NCBI GenBank assembly: GCA_033560715.1
Contig: CP138194.1
Location: forward strand, 44,486-108,485
DNA: 64,000 nucleotides
Origin: Mycoplasmatota bacterium
GTDB taxonomy: Bacteria; Bacillota_I; Bacilli_A; Mycoplasmatales; MT37
Reading direction: 5' to 3'
Made by a program: the position numbers and the translations under genes
Part shown: positions 38,548 to 49,855 of the stretch, piece by piece
How the letters are laid out: the number at the start of each line of letters is the position of its first letter
Numbering within the stretch: position 1 is the first letter of the stretch
The notes under the pieces: generated by a model
Database searches by the model: none
What the model was told of the DNA's origin: nothing
What the model saw: only the letters and a program-made list of their open reading frames with translations

Positions 38548-39758
38548 ATTATTACGGTTTAATGATTTCAATTGGTATTACTGTTGCCTTTGGATATTTA
38601 GCTTTTGTTTGATATAAAAACAATTTTCCCATGATGTGATCACTGTTATTTTGATCTTTACTTACCGTACCAATCGCTATTTTTGGTGCCCGTTTATGAA
38701 CTTATCTCTTTCATGAACCAACTCGTCAAATCATTGATGATGGGATTAATTTTAATGAACGATTTACGCGGTTTTTTGGTTTTTTTGCTGACAAACAATG
38801 ACAATTACATGGACTTTCTGCTCATGGGGCAATTATTTTCAGTGCACTTTATCTTTTAATTCCGTTCACTTTACACAGCAATCGTAACCAAATTTCATTA
38901 TGAAATTATTTTGATTTTGCGATCAAAGCAGCATTGATTGTACAAATTATTGGTCGTTGAGGTAATTTTTTTAATCAAGAACTTTTAGGAAATGATTATT
39001 TTACTGATAATTATCCACAAAAATACGGTTGAATTCCCAAATGATTTGCCGCCAAAATTGCCAATCCGTATAATTCACATAAACTTTATCATCCGATATT
39101 TTTGTATGAATCACTTGGAAACGCTTTTATTTTAACGATGTTTATTGTAATTCCGCAAATCCATAAACTGTTTTTTTCGGCTTGAAGATCACAGTTGCAA
39201 TATTCAAAATTATTAAAAGAATTTGCCATTAATTTGCGCAAAAAAAAAGTTTTTTTCCTTCATCGTTGATGACTTTTAATCGCTAAACGTTGAAAAATAA
39301 CTATTCTTTACTATGATAATTTACGCTTTACCAATCAAAAAAAAGTTCAATCTCGCACTCCTTTTCGTTCATGATTTTGATTTTTCAAAGGCAAAATTCA
39401 TTATCAAAAATGAACGCCAATTAATCAACAATTACAAGCTTTAAATTTAGCTTGATATCAAAAACCAATATTTTTATTCCGAATCTGCGCTAAGCGTGAT
39501 TCGACTGCCTTATCAAAACACTATGGTTCGTGATTTAATTATATTCGTTCCGGTAATTTATTAGTTGGATATTTAATTTTTGCAAATCTTCTACGATTTG
39601 GACTGCAAAACATGCGTAAATCACACGATAGTATGACAATTACAATTCCTTTATTAATTGTTTTTATTACGATTGGTGTATTTTTATGATTTTGAATCCA
39701 GTTTGTTGCCCCTAATCATATGCGAAGTCGCGGTTGAATGTATGAAGTTTTATATTAA
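38538..39758 (+). CDS. lgt: prolipoprotein diacylglyceryl transferase (long form)
   Basis: GRWGNFFNQEL motif. It is absent from the ORF track because it contains more than 20 in-frame TGA codons. It overlaps the uvrA stop. Confidence 0.85.
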
Positions 39759-39764
39759 TTGCTA

Positions 39765-40847
39765 ATGAAATCACCAACTTTTTTAGATCAATTTTTTGAA
39801 TCATTATGATCTTCACCTTGACAATTATGAGCGTTATTTTTAGTTTTAGCAATTTGTGTTATTATTACCGCGTATTTTTTACCACGTTTTGTTTTAGAAT
39901 TATTTAAACGAACAAAAATTAATATTTTAGTGGTTGGTTTGGTGTTTCTATCATTAATCACTTCATTACCAGAAGGTTTATCAACGATTTTTTCGGTAAT
40001 TTTAAATAATGATGGAACATCATCAGGTTGAAAGGCTGGTTTTTCACAATCATTTTCAAACATTGTGGGTGCAAACTTTTTTTCCGGAACCGCTTTAATT
40101 GTATTGGATTTTGTTTTTTTTCGTTATTATTATTTAAATGAAATTCGTTTTCGCAATAAACTAACATTATTAGTTGTCATTATTATCAATGCATTAATTT
40201 TATTATTATTGTTATTTCCGACTGTACTTGAATGACGTTTTAAAAGCGTTTCAATTACAGCAATGCTTTTTTTAATGCTTTATTTTGTTTACGTTTTTAT
40301 TTTATTTCGTTTAGAAAATAAAAGCGTTTTAAAAAATAAATTAAATCCTACTCCCGCAGAGAAATATTTTACTTTTTATATTAATCCCCAATTTGTAATT
40401 TTATTAGTTGTTTTATTAATTGTCATACTACTAGGAACGTTTTTTGTTTTTTCTAATTTAGGTCGTTTTTTAAAATCAAAATACGGTTTTCCACAACAAA
40501 GTGTTGGTGGATTATTTTTTGCGATTACAACCGCTTTTCCAGAACTGTTAGGTTGTATCAGTTTATTCAATTTAAAATTAGCTAATGTGGCAATTTCGGT
40601 TATTTTTGGTAGTCATTTTTTTAATCTGATTTTATTTATTGCTAGTAATTTATATTTCGGTCAACCGACTTTTCAGTTTTTAAGCGAAGATATTAAAAAT
40701 ATTAAATTAATGGCGTTAACTTTAATTAGTAGCGGATTATTTTTTATGCATATTTTATTTCAGGACGTAAAACCACGTCCAACTTATTTTATTGTTCCTT
40801 TAATGATTTTAATGTTATATTTAATTGGTTGAACAAAAATTATGTAA
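39765..40847 (+). CDS. Ca2+/cation antiporter family (Na_Ca_ex) membrane protein
   Basis: Two alpha-repeats: LITSLPEGLSTIFS...NIVGANFFSG and ITTAFPELLGCIS...FGSHFFNL. Confidence 0.7.
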
Positions 40848-40884
40848 TTTGGTAAAATAATCGAAAAAGTACTTATTTAATATT

Positions 40885-41142
40885 ATGGTTAATTATTCAC
40901 TGATATTTTTTTGATTGGAAATTGTTTTGCTTGTGTTTGCAATCATTATAATTTTTTTGAGTTTATTTAAAAATTCTTCAGCTCGTGAAGCGTTATCTTC
41001 AATTAGCGGTGGTAGCCAAGAATTATTTTTAAATCGAAAATCTAAACTTTCGCATACAGTTATGACGGTTATTTTAATTGTTATTGCAATAATAATGTTT
41101 GCGATCGTGATCGCAATTCGTATCCTTTGAAATACAATTTAA
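40885..41142 (+). CDS. secG: preprotein translocase subunit SecG (probable)
   Basis: 85 aa with two TM helices flanking a SSISGGSQELF loop. Lies upstream of smpB. Confidence 0.6.
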
Positions 41143-41145
41143 TTT

Positions 41146-41604
41146 ATGGTTAATTCTGATAAAGGTTTAACAACTTTTTACACTAATCGAAAATTAATTC
41201 GTCAATACCAATGTATTGATAGTATTATTGCTGGAATTATTCTTTCCGGTTGAGAAATTCGTGCCATTTTTGCCCATCAATTTAGTTTAGAAAATGCTTT
41301 TGCCGTTTTTCAAGCTAATGATTTATATTTATTAAATTTTAAAATTATTCCAGTTCAGAAAACGATGAAATTAAAATCAGCTGAAAAACACAAATTACTA
41401 TTAACTAAACAACAATTTAAACTTTGATATCAAAAAAAAGTTAGATCGAACTATACAATAATTCCATCCCATATTGTTTTAAAAAATGGTAAACTAAAAA
41501 TTAAGTTGTTCTTAGCAAAAGGCTTAAAGAAACACGAAACAAAAAAAGTCGCAATGGCAAAAGAATGACGCAAAAAAGCTAAACATAGTTTTCGAAAAGA
41601 ATAA
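41146..41604 (+). CDS. smpB: SsrA-binding protein
   Basis: 152 aa with a basic C-terminal tail. SGWEIRA and KLLLTKQQ motifs. Lies adjacent to the tmRNA. Confidence 0.85.
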
Positions 41605-41624
41605 CTCATGGTTTTGATTTTTTA

Positions 41625-41641
41625 AATGTTTTAAAAACATT
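41625..41641 (+). other. perfect 7-bp hairpin (AATGTTT-TAA-AAACATT) abutting the tmRNA 5' end
   Basis: Read directly from the sequence. It ends 1 nt before the tmRNA G1. Confidence 0.4.
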
Positions 41642-42085
41642 GGGGATGATTTAGATTAGACAAGGAAAAATTTGTTTTTTAGCAGTGGTTTGATTGACCT
41701 TAATGATCAAGCAAATTATAAATGCAAAAAAAAATCTAAAACGTTCTTGAACTCAATTTGTGGAAAAATTTAAATTACCACAACTTCAATTCCAATCAAT
41801 GGGATCGTAAGAGTTTTAACGAACAACTAGAAAATATGCAGAAATTGCATCTTCTAGGGGCACTAATCGTGTTTTTTTGTTAGCGATTTTTGTTCAGATA
41901 AGAAACAAAATTTAATTACCAAAAATAATTGTGTTTGGCAGTTGAAATTTTAGACAATTACGTCATAATATTTTTTTTACTTTGTTTTCTAATTTTTATG
42001 ATTAAATAATATAAACGGAGTTAAACTGTAAATAAAACTCAGTATTAGTCCTTGGATGTGGGTGCAAATCCCGCCTTCTCCACCA
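41642..42085 (+). ncRNA. ssrA: tmRNA (SsrA)
   Basis: The 5' GGGGATG pairs with the 3' end ...TTCTCCACCA, giving a G3:U70 alanine identity pair. A tRNA-like T-arm GGTGCAAATCCCGCC is present. It follows smpB. Confidence 0.85.
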
Positions 42086-42100
42086 AATTTTATCTAAACA

Positions 42101-42718
42101 ATGACAGACGCACTTTTAATTGTGATTTTAACCGTTGTAATATTGGTGTTTCTTTCTTTGATTCCAATTTTTTATTTAACTTTTCGTGATTACTTTTCGC
42201 GTTTAAGTTTAAATAAATTTAATAGTAATTTTAAAAACACTAAAAATAATAAAATTGATTCATTAATCGAACAGTTATTAGATGCTGTTAATTATTTTAA
42301 ACAAAAGAAAATCGGTTGTTTGATTGTTTTATCACGATCATCAAATTTAAATAATTTGATTACTGATGAAGGAGTTGAAATTAATGGTAATTTATCATCT
42401 GATCTGATTAAAGTCATTTTTACTTGTAAAGAAATTCAATTACACGATGGAGCCCTTTTGATTAATCAAGACTGACAAATTACATCGTGTTCAGTTTTTT
42501 TCCGGGTAAAAAAAACTTTCAAACCATTAATTAAAAAACCGTCTGGAACACGTCATTTAGTTGCAACCCAAATTGCATTTGATTCGAATGCAGCTGTCAT
42601 TGTCGTTTCGGAAACAACTGGTGAAATTACTTACATTCACAATAAAAAATTAACATTTAAAGATATCGAATTAGAAACTTTGCGTCAAAAATTAAAAGAA
42701 GATGTTTACGATGAATAA
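42101..42718 (+). CDS. diadenylate cyclase, single N-terminal TM helix (CdaM-like)
   Basis: DAC-domain motifs LHDGALLI, GTRHLVA and VSETTGEI. 205 aa. Confidence 0.8.
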
Positions 42719-42747
42719 TACAAACACTCCGGACCAAATAGGAATTA

Positions 42748-44163
42748 ATGATGACAGTTTTACCATTAAAAGTTGCGGTCGAAAAAAAGGATTTGAAAAA
42801 AATCCGACGTTTATATGATAGTCGAAATATCGTTGATTTTACCGATGATTTTCAAAAATTAACTGTCGAACAACAACTAATTGTTGTTCGTTGTCTAAAT
42901 ACTGAATCGGCAACGGAAATTATTAATCGTTTGGATCGTAATGAATTACGTAATTTAATTGAAGCTTTTACCAAACCAGAAATTAAACAATTAATTAATC
43001 AATTGTATGCTGATGACATCATTGAATTAATTGAAGATTTACCAAACGATTTAGTCAAGAAAGTCATTTCGCTTGCCACACCCGCACAACGCAAAGACAT
43101 TAATTTTATTCTTAATTATGCTGAAGATACAATTGGTTCAGAAATGAACGTCAATTTTGTTAGTTTAAACATTAATTCTTACGTTTCAGACGCAATCGAT
43201 TTAATTCGAAGTCAAAAAAAAACAATTGATGATCGTCACGTTTATTATGTAACTGATGATCGTGGTTTATTAATCGGTTTTGTCAGAGCAAGTGAATTAT
43301 TAGCAATTAAATCAGAAGTTAAAACCCGCATTGCATCAATTACCGAAACAAATGTTGTTTCAATTCGAACATCAATTTTAACCGAAAAAGCAGTTGAAAT
43401 TATGCGTCACTATGAATTAGTCGAAGCACCTGTAATTGATCATCACAATAAATTAGTCGGAATTTTAAATAGTGATGATGTTTTAGAATTGTATAAAGAA
43501 GCGCAAATCGATGATATTAACAAAGGGGTTGGAATCATTGAAGAACCCGATACAGAATATTTTTCCACTACGAGTTGAAATATGTTTTGAGCACGGTTTC
43601 CATGATTATCAGCGACAATTTTAATTACAACAATTACACAAATTGTATTAGCTTTTTTTATGAAAGGAATGAATAGTGATGCTAATAGTTCTAAAACCAC
43701 ATTCGAATTCATTCGAATTATCACACCTTTTATTCCCTTTATTTTAACCATTGTCGGTAATATCGCTTTACAATCAACCGCCATTGTTATTAAAAATATT
43801 ATTTTAAAAGTAATTGATCGTTCCCAATATGCTCAAACTTTACGAAAAGAAATGACGGTGGCATTATTAATTTTAATTGCGACTTTATTATTAAATATTC
43901 CCCGTAGTTTATTTGTGCAATACATTGTTGAAGGTGAATCTGGTTTTGATCGTGATTATTGAATTGGATTTGGAATTGTAAATTTTGTAATTGTGATAGC
44001 AATTTTTTTAACAATTTTATTTTCAACTTCACTTCCAATCTTAGCTCATCGTTACGGAATTGATCCATCATTAATGTCTTCACCGTTATTAACAACAATT
44101 GTCGATTTAATTGTGACTACAATTGCGGTAGGCGTTTCGTTTTTATTTTTTTTAGTAGTTTAA
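42748..44163 (+). CDS. mgtE: magnesium transporter MgtE
   Basis: N-domain, CBS pair and C-terminal TM domain (PLLTTIVDLIV). Fragments are in one frame. Confidence 0.9.
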
Positions 44164-44211
44164 AACCCAGAATTATAAAATTTAATTTATAATTATAATT
44201 ATCCAATTCAT

Positions 44212-44288
44212 GGTGAATGTGGTGAAGCGGTTAACACACCGGGTTGTGATTCCGGCATGCGTGGGTTCGAATCCCATCATTCACCCCA
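44212..44288 (+). tRNA. tRNA-His (GUG)
   Basis: G-1 pairs with C73. Anticodon loop TTGTGAT, T-loop GGTTCGAATCC, encoded CCA. Confidence 0.9.
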
Positions 44289-44323
44289 TGTTTTAAAATT
44301 TTAAAATTTAGGAGTGTTTTTTG

Positions 44324-44899
44324 ATGGCGAAATTTCAATTTAAATTATTTTTAGGACCAATGTTTGCAGGAAAAACAACTAAATTAATCCAAACAATCCG
44401 TTATGATCAAAAACAATTATCAAGTAAAAATTTTGTTTTAATTCGTTCACAATTAGATACTCGTTCATCATCAAATCAATTAACTAATCACGATCAAAAA
44501 AATTTAATTATTAAAACGATTCATAAATTTGATCAATTAGTTGAAATTTACCAAAATCCAGCTTACAAATTAAAAAAAATTTATATTAGTGAAATTCAGT
44601 TTTTATCAATTTCCGAATTAATTGCCATTTTACAATTTTGTCAAAAAAACAATTTATCAATTGTCGCGGAAGGACTTGCCCGCGATTATCGTAATCAAGA
44701 ATTCGAATTTATTCAACATTTAGAACCATTTCAACCCCAAATTCATTATTTATTTGCCCGTTGTGAATTTTGTTACCAAAAAGCAAGTACTTCATTTCGT
44801 TACAATACCAAACAATCAGCGTTGTTTTTACCAGGTGGAAAAGAATTTTATTTAGCACTTTGTCAAAATTGTTATGATAAAAAAACTTCATCAAATTAA
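44324..44899 (+). CDS. thymidine kinase-like protein (TK1 fold), divergent copy C
   Basis: GPMFAGKTT P-loop and CEFC/CQNC zinc knuckles, but YISEIQFL replaces FDExQFF. AGGAG lies 9 nt upstream of ATG 44324. Confidence 0.7.
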   Translation: MAKFQFKLFLGPMFAGKTTKLIQTIRYDQKQLSSKNFVLIRSQLDTRSSSNQLTNHDQKNLIIKTIHKFDQLVEIYQNPAYKLKKIYISEIQFLSISELIAILQFCQKNNLSIVAEGLARDYRNQEFEFIQHLEPFQPQIHYLFARCEFCYQKASTSFRYNTKQSALFLPGGKEFYLALCQNCYDKKTSSN

Positions 44900-45458
44900 A
44901 ACGATTGCAATTGTTGGCGCTGAAGGAAGTGGCAAAACGTTTTTAACGAAACAATTGGCTGATTATTTTCAAATTCCATTCACTTTTGAATATGGAAAAT
45001 GATACTGCCAAACTTTTTACAATTTTTTTTACCAAAACCATCAATTTAAAACCGATCATTATGATTTTCATTTAATTGCACAGGCAACATTTAATAATTT
45101 TAAAAAAGTGATGAAAATTAGTCAACAAAACCAATTACCTTTTTGTTTATTTGATACTGATCTTATTTTTACAAATTGATTTAATCAATTACAATTTCCG
45201 CATTGTAATTGAATTGAAAAGCATTTTTTGCCGATTCAACCAATTTATTTATTTATTTATTTAAAACCAAAAACTTTTAAACAGAATCAAATTCATTACT
45301 ATTCATTAGCACAAAAACCAGCTTTTTCTGATGCTTTATTAAAAAAATATCAGCATTTTCGTCCACAAAATAGTAAACTTTGAATTATTGAAGAAACTAA
45401 TTATCAAAATCGTTTTCAAATAATTGTAAATAAAATTAAGGATTTTATTAATGACTAA
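44874..45458 (+). CDS. P-loop kinase resembling the NadR ribosylnicotinamide-kinase domain
   Basis: KTIAIVGAEGSGKTFLTKQLADYF....EYGKWY resembles the NadR C-terminal domain. It overlaps the tdk-like gene by 26 nt and tsaE by 8 nt. Confidence 0.5.
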
Positions 45459-45951
45459 AAATTTTCAAAAAAATCATTTTATTGAAACGCATTATTTACT
45501 TAAAAATTTACAAAGTACGGAAAAATTTGCTAAATTTTTATATATAACTTTAAAGTTTCCTGTTACACTATGTTTAATTGGTCCGATTGGCGTTGGAAAA
45601 ACGCAATTAGCAAAATTTTTAGCACTTTATTTTGGAATTCGCGAAAATTTAATTTCATCATCTTTTATTAAGTCACGAAGTTATAAAAATATTCAAAATC
45701 GCAAATTATTACATATCGATGCTTATAATTCACAATCATTAGCAGAAACTTGAGCATTAATTAATGAAGAAAATGATGTTGATTTAACGATTGTTGAATG
45801 AGCTCCGAACGCTTTATTTGAAAAAATTTTACCAAATGCAATTGTAATTAAATTGAATTATTTAGAATCATTTGAACGAATTGCTATTGTAACTGGACCA
45901 CGTTTATTTATGAAAAATTTAGAAAAAAATTGAAAAAATGCTTGCAAATAA
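45451..45951 (+). CDS. tsaE: tRNA t6A37 biosynthesis ATPase TsaE
   Basis: LIGPIGVGKTQLAK P-loop, HIDAY and VEW motifs. Confidence 0.75.
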
Positions 45952-46531
45952 AATTACTATTTTAACAACTGAAAATTATTTAGAATTATCGTTATGATTA
46001 AATAATCGTAAAATCGATACTGTTTTAAAACCATTGGCAAATAATTTTTTAGAAAATTATTTTCCCGCTTGAAATGAATTAATTTCATCAACCCATTTTA
46101 ATTGAAACAAGATTCAAAATGTTTATGTTTTAAACGGACCAAGCAAATTTGCAATTTTACGTTGTTTGATTACTAGTTTAAAACTATTGATGCAATTTAA
46201 TTCACATTGAAAAATTTATACATTGAATCATTTACTTTTTCAAGTTCCCAATTCCAATTTAACAATTAGTTTAATCACTGCCAATAAACAACATTATTAT
46301 TATGGTTTATATAAAGATTTTAAATCTTTACAGCCTTTAAAATTATGATTGAAAACAGATGTTATCAAATTAAAAAATCGTTTTCAAAATGCAAACGTGG
46401 TAATTGATTACAACATGACAAATTTTGATCAATTATGAAAAACCCATTTACCATTTTTTATTCCGGTTGATCAATTCACGAATTTAAAACCTTTTTATTT
46501 AAATCCATTTTCACTTGATAAAATAAAGTAA
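45938..46531 (+). CDS. tsaB: TsaB-like (YeaZ family) protein
   Basis: Its size and its position directly after tsaE support the call. There is only weak N-terminal similarity (ILTTENYLELSL). Many TGA codons. Confidence 0.5.
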
Positions 46532-46540
46532 TATTAAATT

Positions 46541-48919
46541 ATGCAATACGCTCATTTAAAAATTGAACAAAAATGACAAAAATTTTGATTAAAAAATCGA
46601 ACTTTTTCAATTGATTTAACCACTTTTCCAAAACGAAAATTTTATATTCTTGATATGTTTCCTTATCCATCCGGAAAAGGATTACACGTCGGGCATTTAA
46701 GAGGTTATGTAGCAACTGATGTTTTAAGTCGGATGAAAAAAATGCAAAAATTTGTTGTTTTACACCCGATTGGATTTGATAGTTTCGGATTACCAGCTGA
46801 ACAATACGCATTAAAAACACAAAACGATCCTGCTACTTTTACTGATCATAATATTGCGAATTTTATTTGTCAATTACAATCATTAGGATTTGCTTATGAT
46901 TATCAACGTATTATCAAAACTTCCGATCCGCGTTATTATCGTTGAACACAATGAATTTTTCAACAAATGTTTCAAGCAAAATTAGCTTATAAAGATCAAG
47001 TTGCTGTCAATTATTGCCCCCAATTAAATACTGTTTTAGCAAACGAAGAAGTAATTGAAACTGAAACTGGTTTGATGGTTTCAGAACGTGGTAATCATCC
47101 TGTTTATCGTCGTTATACTGAACAATGATTATTAGATATTGTTCGTTTTGCACCATCATTATTATCCCAAATTCCTAATTTAGATTGACCATTTGCAATT
47201 AAACAAGCGCAAACGAATTGAATCGGAGCATTACACGGATTTGAATATGAAGCAAAATTAAAAACTGGTAATAATAAAGTTGCTTTACATAAAATTTCCA
47301 TTTTTACGACATTTTTAAATGATTGAAATGCTGCTTCATTTTTGTTTTATCATTATGAAAATAAAACTTTAGATAATTTGTTAGATGTTAAAACTCGTCT
47401 TAAATTAAAGCAATTACGAAAAGATTTAGCATATCAACCAATTAAACAAATTGATTATCAAAGTAATGATTTTTCACAAATGCACGTTTTAAAAAGTAAA
47501 TTAAAATTTTGAAATCCTTTATTAAAAAAATACTTACCAATTTATTTTACCAATGTAATTGATGTCAATTTACCAAATCAAAACCAATTAATTAATTGCC
47601 ATCATCAAGATAAATTCTTGCCTTTAATTAAGCATTTTCAATTACTTTCCCAATCGGATTTATCGTATTTAAAACAATCTTTGAATGTAAAATCGACTCT
47701 CAATAATGATGATTTTATTCAAAAACATCCCCGTCTAAAATTAATTTCACGTACTTATTATCGTTTACGAAATTGGGTTTTTTCACGTCAACGTTATTGA
47801 GGCGAGCCTTTTCCATTAACTTATCAACAATCACAAATCAAATTATTACCAGAAAGTCAATTGCCATTAAAATTACCATCATTTAAAACTGGTAATTTTC
47901 AAGCTAAAGAATTAACGCCACTTGCCAATTTTAAAGTTTGAAAAGATAAAAATTATGATTTAAATGTTATGCCGCAATGAGCAGGTAGTTGTTGATATTT
48001 TTTAGCTTATTTATTACGCAAACCAAACGGTGATTTTTGACCTTTAAATAGTAAAACAGCACAACAGTTATTAAATCATTGAATGCCGGTTGATTTATAT
48101 GTTGGTGGGCAAGAACACGCCGTTTCTCATTTATTATATGCACGGTTTTGAAATCATTTTTTAGTGCAAAATTGTCAAATTTATAATCATTTAGAACCTT
48201 TCAAAAAATTAGTTAATCAAGGAATAATTCTCGGTCCAGATAATAAAAAAATGTCAAAATCACGCGGAAATGTTGTTGATCCAATGGAATATTTAGTTTC
48301 GCATGGGGCTGATGCAATGCGTTTATATATTCAATTTATCGGACCTTTTTCTGCTAAAATTGCATGACAAGAAAATAATTTAGATGCAATGCGCAAATGA
48401 TTAGCGCGTGTTTATAAATTATTCATTCACCATCAAAATTTTTGAATTGATGATGAAAATTCAGAATTAGATTATGTGATGCACCATACAATTAAATCTG
48501 TCACAACGTGTTTTGAAAATTATCAATTCAATGTTGCAATTGCCAAATTAATGACTTTTATTAATGTTTGTTATCGAAATCGTCGTTTACCAAAAAAATA
48601 TGGCAAAATTTTTTTACAATTATTACATCCAATTTGCCCACATTTAACTGAAGAAATTTGAAGATTATGAAAAAACCGTTCACTTTTAATTAATAGTAAA
48701 TGACCAATTTTCGATCCTCAATATTTAAAATTAACAAATACAACATTTGTATTACAAATTAATGGCAAAAGCAAAAAAATCTTCAATTTACCTTTTAATA
48801 CTAAACAAAATCAAGTCCTTAAATATTGTCTTAAACATTTTCCGCAAATCGTTCCAATTGAATATCAAAAAATTATCTTCATTCCTGATAAAGTAATAAA
48901 TTTTGTTAAAAAAAAATAA
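46541..48919 (+). CDS. leuS: leucyl-tRNA synthetase
   Basis: [12 protein letters not shown] (HIGH) and KMSKSRGN (KMSKS). Four track fragments lie in one frame. Confidence 0.95.
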
Positions 48920-48966
48920 ATTTTAGTTTTTTGTTCTTATACATTAATTAACGAGGAATAAAATTT

Positions 48967-49329
48967 ATGTATTTTTTAAGTCAACAAATTCGAATTATGC
49001 GAATTCGTAATAATTTAACCCAAAAAAAACTTGCCGTTTTAACTGGTTTGTCACAATCGACAATTTGTCGAATGGAAATTGATTGTAAAAACATTCAATT
49101 TCAACATATTATGTCAGTTATAAGAATTTTAACTGCTTTCCCTGACGATACAAAAGTTAATAAACAATTGTTTAATCAATATTTATTATTGTTTTTAGGT
49201 TTGAAAAATAATTTATTATTTTCAAATCACGCATTAAATGATATTGAAATCAAATTAATTTCGGTTTGTATTGAATTAATTGAACAAATTAATGAAATTC
49301 TATTAAAAAAATCATTAAAAGTGGTTTAA
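48967..49329 (+). CDS. XRE-family helix-turn-helix regulator, paralogue 1
   Basis: LTQKKLAVLTGLSQSTICRMEIDCKNIQF is a Cro/C1-type HTH. GAGGAA lies upstream. Confidence 0.75.
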   Translation: MYFLSQQIRIMRIRNNLTQKKLAVLTGLSQSTICRMEIDCKNIQFQHIMSVIRILTAFPDDTKVNKQLFNQYLLLFLGLKNNLLFSNHALNDIEIKLISVCIELIEQINEILLKKSLKVV

Positions 49330-49490
49330 TAAGTTCGATTAATTTTTATTTGTGATTTTAAAGAAACTATTTATGAGTTTTTTTAATTCTTTTATGAATA
49401 AAAAAATTAAATATGTTTTTTAATTCGTTAAATCATTTTTTTAAACGAAAATTAATCAAAAATTTTAATTAAAAAAAGGAGAAATAAAAC

Positions 49491-49835
49491 ATGTTTCGTG
49501 AATTAAATAAAATAATTCGTTTAAAACGAATTCAAAAATCGTGAACCCAAAAAAAACTGGCGCAAAAAACTGGTTTATCACAATCAACAATTTGTCGATC
49601 AGAAATTGATTGTTATAATATTAAATTTGGATATATTGTGCGTATTATTGAAGCAATTACTGATAAAAATTTTAAATTTTTTAAAAAACAATTTATGTTA
49701 CAAGACAATCAATTATCAGAATTTTTAGAGTTTTTAATGGAAGATAAACGAACTTGAGCTTTAATCAATTATGATCCTAAACGAACAGCTGTTTTTATCA
49801 TTAAATCAGTTAACGACAATTATAAAAATATTTAA
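49491..49835 (+). CDS. XRE-family helix-turn-helix regulator, paralogue 2
   Basis: WTQKKLAQKTGLSQSTICRSEIDCYNIKF. AGGAG lies 9 nt upstream. It contains two TGA-encoded Trp codons. Confidence 0.75.
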
Positions 49836-49855
49836 TTTATGGTAAAATATAGAAG

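Noticed and set aside
38538-39758. Lgt is about 406 aa with a Trp- and basic-rich insertion of about 110 aa, which looked anomalous.
   Set aside because: Long Lgt proteins are, to my knowledge, usual in mycoplasmas (M. genitalium Lgt is also well over 350 aa), so I do not flag it as novel.
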